DNA from: Azolla caroliniana
Taxonomy: Eukaryota > Plantae > Polypodiophyta
Direction of reading: 5' to 3'
DNA: 64,000 bases
Assembly (NCBI GenBank): GCA_043228905.1
Contig: JBHGNT010000047.1
Span: 130,183 to 194,182, forward strand
How positions within the stretch are numbered: the stretch's first letter is position 1; each line of letters opens with the position of its first letter. The notes under the pieces were generated by a model, which worked only from the letters and a program-made list of their open reading frames with translations, did no database searches and had not been told where the DNA came from. The translations under genes were made by a program, and so were the position numbers. Shown here piece by piece: positions 11,101-19,479 of the stretch.

Positions 11101-12190
11101 CTATGCCGGCAATCCGGCACGTACCTTCATTTCCCATCCGGACACAGCCATGCTCACCGGCTGTGTAGGATGAGAAGTATTTCTTCTCCGGGGTCAGGTG
11201 GAACGACGCTCCGGAATCGACCACCCAGGTCATCTCTTCACCGGCAAGGTTCAGCTCCCTCTCTTCGGTAATAAGCATTATCTCTTCTTCACTTGCCGCG
11301 AGTGCCGTCGTTCCTTTCCGGTCCTGCCCTCGCCGATCCGGACCTCTCCGGTCCGTGGCTCCCCGGTATGCACCGTTTCTCTCCGGTGACTTCTTCGAAT
11401 CGGTGTCGTCGGCTCCGTTGTCTTTTCGGTAATGCCGACAATTCTTCCGGAAGTGCCCCGGCTTCCCACAGTGAAAGCATGTGGGTCTTCCTCTTGACTG
11501 CGACCGGGTCCCCGACTTCTCCCGTCTCTGCGGACTCCGGTTCCATTGTCTTCCCCGTTCCGATTCGGTAAGCAGCGCCTTCGAGTCGGAGGCCGGTTCT
11601 TTATCTCTCCGACGCGCTTCTTCGTTCAAAATACTTGTCTTTACCGTTTGTAGAGACAAGTTATCTTCGGTGCAGGAGGTACTGAGAGTCACCACCAAGT
11701 TCTCCCAGCTTTCCGGCAATGTACACATCAGAATGATGGCTTGCATTGCATCCTCCAACGGGAACTTGATCGCCGCAAGCTGGTTCACGAATCCCATGAA
11801 CGTGCTCACGTGTTCCACCATATTCTCGCCGTCCCTGTACTTGAGGTTCACTATCTTCCTCATCAGGGAGGTCCGGTTCAACGCATTCTTCCTCTCATAG
11901 AGGCCCGACAGCTTCTTCCACATCTCATAGGCGTTCGTATCGTTCGCCACATGTTGCAGGACACTTACATCGACATATTGCCGGATCGTCGCTACGGCTT
12001 TCCGGTTCAGGAGCTTCCACTCCGACTCTATTACCCCCTTGGGTATCTCGGCATTGTCGATCGGTTCGTATAGGTCTCGGACGATGAGAAGGTCTTCCAT
12101 CTTTATCTTCCAGTCGGCGTAGTTCTGTGAGTTCAACACCATCATGCCCGGAGGCCCACTACCGCCGCCTTCCATTTTCTGTGTTACCAT
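8099..12190 (-). CDS. Gag-Pol polyprotein (about 1363 aa from the first ATG): gag, CCHC zinc knuckle, aspartic protease, integrase, reverse transcriptase, RNase H
   Basis: Uninterrupted ORF with CFHCGKPGHFRKNC (11438-11479), protease WVVDSGASFH (about 11200-11226), integrase WHKRLCH..CTDC, LVHTDVC, ADNGGEY and NGMAER, RT motifs QMDVKTAFLHG, SLYGLKQAPRQW and YVDD (9065-9076), and RNase H motifs FTDSD, TEAEY and CDSQSAI. The first ATG (12190) lies 1 nt after the PBS; the ORF-track start at 12304 is a GTG inside the LTR. Confidence 0.95.
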   Translation of the reverse strand: MVTQKMEGGGSGPPGMMVLNSQNYADWKIKMEDLLIVRDLYEPIDNAEIPKGVIESEWKLLNRKAVATIRQYVDVSVLQHVANDTNAYEMWKKLSGLYERKNALNRTSLMRKIVNLKYRDGENMVEHVSTFMGFVNQLAAIKFPLEDAMQAIILMCTLPESWENLVVTLSTSCTEDNLSLQTVKTSILNEEARRRDKEPASDSKALLTESERGRQWNRSPQRREKSGTRSQSRGRPTCFHCGKPGHFRKNCRHYRKDNGADDTDSKKSPERNGAYRGATDRRGPDRRGQDRKGTTALAASEEEIMLITEERELNLAGEEMTWVVDSGASFHLTPEKKYFSSYTAGEHGCVRMGNEGTCRIAGIGDVWLMTSTGCKLLLKDVRHVPEVRLNLISAGRLDDEGYTGSIRNGVMKFSKGSLIVARARKDNTLYLMNARLCPEELNVAADTAGELWHKRLCHMSEKGMKRLAEDNLIPVKHVHLEKCTDCLAGKQNRTSFHSRPPTRRSAPLELVHTDVCQVETKSHGGAQYFVTFIDDHSRKLWTAPLKTKDQVLSVFKELHARVERESGKKLKAIRADNGGEYRGQFQEYCRSKGIRLEFTVPKTPELNGMAERMNRTIMERVRSMLAHAKLPKGFWAEAMSTATYVINRSPSVPLDGDTPQKVWTGKEVFYRHLKVFGCLAYVHVAKDRRGKLDPKTRPCIFLGYGDDEFGYRVWDPVDKKIFRSRDIIFMEDKTLADWESEKKMKSSKSTGEDQLYEEQSRPARDRLALEDPAEDGEETEPAEEDENDTGTGPDPEMDSDGEVESEEPVTEAPERRYPLRERRAPRRFPEPEHVLLTDEGEPESFEEAKHDTQSRRWLSAMQDEMDSLHENHTYELVELPKGKRALRNKWVFKLKPGDAGNPPRYKARIVVKGFQQKKGVDFDEIFAPVVKMTSIRTVLSIAASMDLEVEQMDVKTAFLHGDLEEEIYMQQPEGFEKKGKEHLVCRLKKSLYGLKQAPRQWYRKFDSFMTDEGYHKTQSDHCVFVKKFEGGDSLILLLYVDDMLIVGRDQVKIRALKKALHRTFSMKDLGPARQILGMHIIRDRKKKQLWLSQEKYVTKVLQRFNMSEARPVGSTLPANCKLSSKQSPKTKAEKEDMMKVPYASAVGSLMYAMVCTRPDIGYAVGVVSRYMSKPGKEHWNAAKWILRYLKGTANVCLRFGSGKPELDGFTDSDMSADADTSRSTSGYVMTYAGGAVSWQSRLQKTVALSTTEAEYMAAVEAGKEIIWMKDFIRELGIRQEEYRLYCDSQSAIHLAKNAAYHSRTKHIQRRYHWIRERIEDKEFVLTKIHTDENGSDMLTKVLTPNKLEACRKRIGLERHPMPK

Positions 12191-12191
12191 C

Positions 12192-12203
12192 GCTCTGATA
12201 CCA
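12192..12203 (-). promoter_or_regulatory. Primer binding site, tRNA-iMet
   Basis: Minus strand TGGTATCAGAGC, 3 nt downstream of the 5' LTR; the canonical plant initiator-Met tRNA PBS. Confidence 0.95.
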
Positions 12204-12476
12204 CTTTGTTGCAAATCAACGATTCGATTCACCTTCACCACTCGGCCACAACCGAGCAGTCGCGGATAAGTGCAGCAGAAAATAGGAAATACAGAGAAAG
12301 ACACGATACACAGGGATTAACGTGGAAAACCCAAGATGGGAAAAACCACGGGAGTCCTCAAACTCCAACTATCACTATATGCAGAGATGTACAATGGTGA
12401 AGCTTCAAGGCAACAACCTTGAGCTCACTGTCTTCGCCACAGACGGCGGTACTACACAGAGGCAACGACCTCTTAG

Positions 12477-12497
12477 TCTCTCTCTCTCTCTCTCTCT
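12477..12497. repeat. (CT)n/(AG)n microsatellite, 21 bp, in the LTR (also 7666-7686)
   Basis: TCTCTCTCTCTCTCTCTCTCT, the same length in both LTRs. Confidence 0.9.
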
Positions 12498-12567
12498 GTT
12501 TCTCACGCGGCTGCTCTAGCTTCGCATGAAAAATGAGCAACAACATAAAACTGTTTGCCCTAAGTCA

Positions 12568-12575
12568 TATTTATA
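12568..12575 (-). promoter_or_regulatory. Putative TATA box of the 5' LTR (copy in the 3' LTR at 7757-7764)
   Basis: Minus strand TATAAATA mid-LTR, downstream of the U3 repeats, in the expected orientation. Confidence 0.65.
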
Positions 12576-12674
12576 CACATATGACTTTCGGGCTATTTAC
12601 AAATATAGCCTCAAGGGCCCTTGGCAAACATATTCACAAATATGTCCCCGCATCCGGATCTCTCTCCGGGTACA

Positions 12675-12835
12675 TTCGTCATCCGGCTCCGTAACCGGGG
12701 TCTTCGTCATCCGGCTCCGTAACCGGGGTCTTCATCATCCGGATCCGTATCCGGGTACTTCATCATCAGGATCCGTATCCGGGTACTCTTCATCCGGCTT
12801 CATGCCGGGTACTCTTCATCCTCCGGTTCCGTAAC
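12675..12835 (-). repeat. U3 tandem minisatellite, 5-6 copies of a 26-28 bp unit (copy in the 3' LTR at about 7864-8024)
   Basis: Plus strand TTCGTCATCCGGCTCCGTAACCGGGGTC x2, TTCATCATCCGGATCCGTATCCGGGTAC x2 (one carrying the LTR substitution), then degenerate copies. Confidence 0.9.
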
Positions 12836-12899
12836 CGCAACCGGGCTTGCCGTCATTCGTCTCCGGACATCCCATCCGGAGGGACCGTAAATCCCAACA

Positions 12900-12904
12900 G
12901 GAGT
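12900..12904. other. Target-site duplication GGAGT (right copy)
   Basis: GGAGT directly after CCCAACA. Confidence 0.95.
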
Positions 12905-15900
12905 AAATTAAAATGTTCATACCTCGCTCGTGTGATATCGGATTTCTGTGTTCAAACATGGGAATCGGAGCTAACAACGCTAGCTATGATATGGAATTAA
13001 AAAATCAAGATTTTGAAACACAGATCGAGAGACATGACGAAATTAGCATATTTGAGGAGGGAGTTGAGTAGAGCCTTTCAGCAAATTAAAATGTTTATAC
13101 CTCGCTCGTGTGATATCGGATTTCTGTGTCCAAACATGGGAATCGGAGCTAACAACGCTAGCTATGATATGGAATTAAAAAATCAACATTTTGAAACTCA
13201 GGTCGAGAGACATGACGAAATTAGCACATTTGAGGAGGGAGTTGAGTAGAGCGATTGAGTAAATTAAATTGTTTATATCTCGGTTGTGTGATATCGGATT
13301 TCTCTGTTCAAACATGCGAATCGAAGCTAACAACCCTAGCTATGATATGGAATTAAGAAATCAACATTTTGAAACTCAGGTCGAGAGACATGACGAAATT
13401 AGCACATTTGAGGAGGGAGTTGAGTAGGGCGAATGAGTAAATTAAATTGTTCATACCTCGCTCGTGTGATATCCGATTTTTGTGTTCAAACATGTGAATC
13501 GAAGCTAACAACGCTAGCTATGATATGGAATTAAAAAATCAAGATTTTGAAAGTTAGGTCGAGAGACATGAAGAAATTACCAAATTTGAGGAGGGAGTTG
13601 AGTTGGCCAAAGGAGTAAATTAAAATGTTCATACCTCGCTCGTGTGATATCGGATTTCTCAGTTCAAACATGCGAATCGAAGCTAACAACGCTAGGTATG
13701 ATATGAAATTAAAATATCAAGATTTTGAAACTCAGCTCGAGAGACATGAAGAAATTACCAAATTTGAGGAGGGAGTTGAGAAGAGCCCTTGAGCAAATTA
13801 AAATGTTCATACCTCGCTCGTGTGATATCGGATTTCTGTGTTCAAACATGGGAATCGGAGCTAACAACGCTAGCTATGATATGGAATTAAAAAATCAAGA
13901 TTTTGAAACTCAGGTCGAGAGACATGAAGAAATTACAAAATTTGAGGAGGGAGTTGAGTAGAGCCCTTGAGTAAATTAAATTGTTCATACCTCGCTCGTG
14001 TGATATCGGATTTTTGTGTGCAAACATGGGCATCGAAGCTAACAACGCTAGCTATGATATGGAATTACAAAATCAAGATTTTGAAACTCAGGTCGAGAGA
14101 CATGAGGAAATTACCAAAGTTGAGGAGGGAGTTCAGGAGGGCGAATGAGTAAATTAAATTGTTTATACCTCGCTTGTGTGATATCGGATTTCTCTGTTCA
14201 AACATGCGAATCGAAGCTAACAACCCTAGCTATGATATGGAATTAAAAAATCAACATTTTGAAACTCAGGTCGAGAGACATGACGAAATTAGCACATTTG
14301 AGGAGGGAGTTGAGTAGGGCGAATGAGTAAATTAAATTGTTCATACCTCGCTCGTGTGATATCCGATTTTTGTGTTCAAACATGGGAATCGAAGCTAACA
14401 ACGCTAGCTATGATATGTAATTAAAAAATCAAGATTTTGAAACTCAGGTCGAGAGACATGAAGAAATTACCAAATTTGAGGAGGGAGTTGAGTAGGGCGA
14501 AGGAGTAAATTAAAATGTTCATACCTCGCTCGTGTGATATCGAATTTCTCAGTTCAAACATGCGAATCGAAGCTAACAACGCTAGGTATGATATGAAATT
14601 AAAATATCAAGATTTTGAAACTCAGGTCGAGAGACATGAAGAAATTACCAAATTTGAGGAGGGAGTTGAGAAGAGCCCTTGAGCAAATTAAAATGTTCAT
14701 ACCTCGCTCGTGTGATATCGGATTTCTGTGTTCAAACATGGGAATCGGAGCTAACAACGCTAGCTATGATATGGAATTAAAAAATCAAGATTTTGAAACT
14801 CAGGTCGAGAGACATGAAGAAATTACAAAATTTGAGGAGGGAGTTGAGTAGAGCCCTTGAGTAAATTAAATTGTTCATACCTCGCTCGTGTGATATCGGA
14901 TTTTTGTGTTCAAACATGGGAATCGAAGCTAACAACGCTAGCTATGATATGGTATTAAAAAATCAAGATTTTGAAACTCAGGTCGAGAGACATAAAAAAA
15001 TTACCAAATTTGAGGAGGGAGTTGAGTAGGGCGATTGAGTAAATTAAATTGTTCATTCCTCGCTGGTGTGATATCGGATTTGTGTGTTCAAACATGCGAA
15101 TCGAAGCTAACAATGCTATGATATGGAATTAAAAAATCAAGATTTTGAAACTTAGATCGAGAGACATGACGAAATTACCAAATTTGAGGACGGAGTCGAG
15201 TAGGGCGATTGAGTAAATTAAATTGTTCATACCTCGCTCCTGTGATATCGGATTAGTGTGTTCAAACATGCGAATCGAAGCTAACAACGCTACCTATGAT
15301 ATGGAATTAAAAAATCAAGATTTTGAAACTTAGGTCGAGAGACATGACCGAATTACCAAATTTGAGGAGGGAGTTGAGTAGGGCGAATGACTAAATTAAA
15401 ATGTTCATACTTCGCTCGTGTGATATCGGATTTCTTTGTTCAAACATGCGAATCCAAGCTAACAACGCTAGGTATGATATGGAATTAAAAAATCAAGATT
15501 TTGAAACTTAGGTCGAGAGACATGAACAAATTACCAAATTTGAGGAGGGAGTTGAGTAGGGCGAAGGAGTAAATTAAAATGTTCATACCTTGCTCGTGTG
15601 ATATCGAATTTCTGTGTTCAAACATGGGAATCGGAGCTAACAACGCTAGGTATGATATGGAATTAAAAAATCAAGATTTTGAAACACAGATCGAGAGACA
15701 TGACGAAATTAGCATATTTGAGGAGGGAGTTGAGTAGAGCCTTTCAGCAAATTAAAATGTTTATACCTCGCTCGTGTGATATCGGATTTCTGTGTCCAAA
15801 CATGGGAATCGGAGCTAACAACGCTAGCTATGATACGGAATTAAAAAATCAACATTTTGAAACTCAGGTCGAGAGACATGACGAAATTAGCACATTTGAG

Positions 15901-18900
15901 GAGGGAGTTGAGTAGGGCGATTGAGTAAATTAAATTGTTTATATCTCGCTTGTGTGATATCGGATTTCTCTGTTCAAACATGCGAATCGAAGCTAACAAC
16001 CCTAGCTATGATATGGAATTAAGAAATCAACATTTTGAAACTCAGGTCGAGAGACATGACGAAATTAGCACATTTGAGGAGGGAGTTGAGTAGGGCGAAT
16101 GAGTAAATTAAATTGTTCATACCTCGCTCGTGTGATATCCGAATTTTGTGTTCAAACATGTGAATCGAAGCTAACAACGCTAGCTATGATATGGAATTAA
16201 AAAATCAAGATTTTGAAAGTTAGGTCGAGAGACATGAAGAAATTACCAAATTTGAGGAGGGAGTTGAGTTGGGCAAAGGAGTAAATTAAAATGTTCATAC
16301 CTCGCTCGTGTGATATCGGATTTCTCAGTTCAAACATGCGAATCGAAGCTAACAACGCTAGGTATGATATGAAATTAAAATATCAAGATTTTGAAACTCA
16401 GGTCGAGAGACATGAAGAAATTACCAAATTTGAGGAGGGAGTTGAGAAGAGCCCTTGAGCAAATTAAAATGTTCATACCTCGCTCGTGTGATATCGGATT
16501 TCTGTTTTCAAACATGGGAATCGGAGCTAACAACGCTAGCTATGATATGGAATTAAAAAATCAAGATTTTGAAACTCAGGTCGAGAGACATGAAGAAATT
16601 ACAAAATTTGAGGAGGGAGTTGAGTAGAGCCCTTGAGTAAATTAAATTGTTCATACCTCGCTCGTGTGATATCGGATTTTTGTGTGCAAACATGGGCATC
16701 GAAGCTAACAACGCTAGCTATGATATGGAATTACAAAATCAAGATTTTGAAACTCAGGTCGAGAGACATGAGGAAATTACCAAAGTTGAGGAGGGAGTTG
16801 AGGAGGGCGAATGAGTAAATTAAATTGTTTATACCTCGCTTGTGTGATATCGGATTTCTCTGTTCAAATAAGCGAATCGAAGCTAACAACCCTAGCTATG
16901 ATATGGAATTAAAAAATCAACATTTTGAAACTCAGGTCGAGAGACATGACGAAATTAGCACATTTGAGGAGGGAGTTGAGTAGGGCGAATGAGTAAATTA
17001 AATTGTTCATACCTCGCTCGTGTGATATCCGATTTTTGTGTTCAAACATGGGAATCGAAGCTAACAACGCTAGCTATGATATGTAATTAAAAAATCAAGA
17101 TTTTAAAACTCAGGTCGAGAGACATGAAGAAATTACCAAATTTGAGGAGGGAGTTGAGTAGGGCGAAGGAGTAAATTAAAATGTTCATACCTCGCTCGTG
17201 TGATATCGAATTTCTCAGTTCAAACATGCGAATCGAAGCTAACAACGCTAGGTATGATATGAAATTAAAATATCAAGATTTTGAAACTCAGGTCGAGAGA
17301 CATGAAGAAATTACCAAATTTGAGGAGGGAGTTGAGAAGAGCCCTTGAGCAAATTAAAATGTTCATACCTCGCTCGTCTGATATCGGATTTCTGTGTTCA
17401 AACATGGGAATCGGAGCTAACAACGCTAGCTATGATATGGAATTAAAAAATCAAGATTTAGAAACTTAGGTCGTGAGACACGACGAAATTACAAAATTTG
17501 AGGAGGGAGTTGAGTAGAGCCCTTGACTAATTAAATTGTTCATACCTCGCTCGTGTGATATCGGATTTTTGTGTGCAAACATGGGAATCGCAGCTAACAA
17601 CGCTAGCTATGATATAGAATTACAAAATCAAGATTTTGAAACTCAGGTCGAGAGACATGAGGAAATTACCAAAGTTGAGGAGGGAGTTCAGGAGGGCGAA
17701 TGAGTAAATTAAATTGTTTATACCTCGCTTGTGTGATATCGGATTTCTCTGTTCAAACATGCGAATCGAAGCTAACAACCCTAGCTATGATATGGAATTA
17801 AAAAATCAACATTTTGAAACTCAGGTCGAGAGACATGAGGAAATTAGCACATTTGAGGAGGGAGTTGAGTAGGGCGAATGAGTAAATTAAATCGGTCATA
17901 CCTCGCTCGTGTGATATCCGATTTTTGTGTTCAAACATGGGAATCGAAGCTAACAACGCTAGCTATGATATGGAATTAAAAAATCAAGATTTTAAAACTC
18001 AGGTCGAGAGACATGACGAAATTAGCACATTTGAGGAGGGAGTTGAGTAGGGCGAATGAGTAAATTAAATTGTTCATACCTCGCTCGTGTGATATCCGAT
18101 TTTTGTGTTCAAACATGTGAATCGAAGCTAACAACGCCAGCTATGATATGGAATTAAAAAATCAAGATTTTGAAAGTTAGGTCGAGAGACATGTAGAAAT
18201 TACCAAATTTGAGGAGGGAGTTGAGTAGGACGAAGGAGTAAATTAAAATGTTCATACCTCGCTCGTGTGATATTGGATTTCTCAGTTCAAACATGCGAAT
18301 CGAAGCTACTAACGATAGGTATGATATGAAATTAAAATATCAAGATTTTGAAACATAGGTCGAGAGATATGACAAATTTAGCAAATTTAAGGAGGGACTT
18401 GAGTAGGGCGAATGAGTAAATTAAAATTTTCATACCTCGCTCGTGTGATATCGGATTTCTCTGTTCAAACATGCGAATCGAAGCTAACAACCCTAGCTAT
18501 GATATGGAATTAAAAAATCAACATTTTGAAACTCAGGTCGAGAGACATGAGGAAATTAGCACATTTGAGGAGGGAGTTGAGTAGGGCGAATGAGTAAATT
18601 AAATCGGTCATACCTCGCTCGTGTGATATCCGATTTTTGTGTTCAAACATGGGAATCGAAGCTAACAACGCTAGCTATGATATGGAATTAAAAAATCAAG
18701 ATTTTAAAACTCAGGTCGAGAGACATGACGAAATTAGCACATTTGAGGAGGGAGTTGAGTAGGGCGAATGAGTAAATTAAATTGTTCATACCTCGCTCGT
18801 GTGATATCCGATTTTTGTGTTCAAACATGTGAATCGAAGCTAACAACGCCAGCTATGATATGGAATTAAAAAATCAAGATTTTGAAAGTTAGGTCGAGAG

Positions 18901-19190
18901 ACATGTAGAAATTACCAAATTTGAGGAGGGAGTTGAGTAGGACGAAGGAGTAAATTAAAATGTTCATACCTCGCTCGTGTGATATTGGATTTCTCAGTTC
19001 AAACATGCGAATCGAAGCTACTAACGATAGGTATGATATGAAATTAAAATATCAAGATTTTGAAACTTAGGTCGAGAGATATGACAAATTTAGCAAATTT
19101 AAGGAGGGACTTGAGTAGGGCGAATGAGTAAATTAAAATTTTCATACCTCGCTCGTGTGATATCGGATTTCTCTGTTCAAACATGCGAAT
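12900..19190 (+). repeat. Nested local higher-order units: 15-mer (2666 bp), 5-mer (890 bp), 4-mer (712 bp)
   Basis: ORF pairs 13013/15679, 13725/16391 and 13967/16633 (2666); 13725/14615 and 16391/17281 (890); variants ATCGGTCATA at 17891/18603 and ACAACGCCAG at 18131/18843 (712). Confidence 0.88.
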
Positions 19191-19479
19191 CGAAGCTAAC
19201 AACGCTAGCTATGATATGGAATTAAAAAATCAAAATTTTGAAACTCAGTTCGAGAGACATGACGAAATTACCAAATTTGAGGAGGGAGTTGAGTAGGGCG
19301 AATGAGAAAATTCAATTGTTCATTCCTCGCTGGTGTGATATCAGATTTGTGTGTTCAAACATGCGAATCGAAGCTAACAATGCTAGTTATGATATGGAAT
19401 TAAAAAATCAAGATTTTGAAACTTAGATCGAGAGACATGACAAAATTACCAAATTTGAAGACGGAGTCTAGTAGGGCGA

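Larger units (their letters stand above)
7396..12899 (-). mobile_element. Full-length Ty1/copia LTR retrotransposon, Tnt1/Tto1 (Tork)-like, 5504 bp
   Basis: Two 693-bp direct repeats (offset 4811) with TGTTG...CAACA ends, a 5-bp TSD GGAGT, PBS and PPT, and a single polyprotein in copia order gag-PR-IN-RT-RH. The lineage call is from remembered similarity of gag and RT motifs to Tto1/Tnt1, not from a search. Confidence 0.97.
12207..12899 (-). repeat. 5' LTR (693 bp)
   Basis: On the minus strand it starts TGTTGGGA and ends GCAACA, followed after 3 nt by the PBS. Direct repeat of 7396-8088. Confidence 0.96.

Noticed and set aside
8036-12073. Antisense and alternative-frame ORFs up to 185 aa over gag-pol
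   Set aside because: Expected shadows of a GC-rich coding sequence, with no recognisable domains.
12191-12304. 38-aa N-terminal extension of gag-pol
   Set aside because: It starts at a GTG inside the LTR and reads through the PBS; the ATG at 12190 (or the next in-frame Met) is the plausible start.
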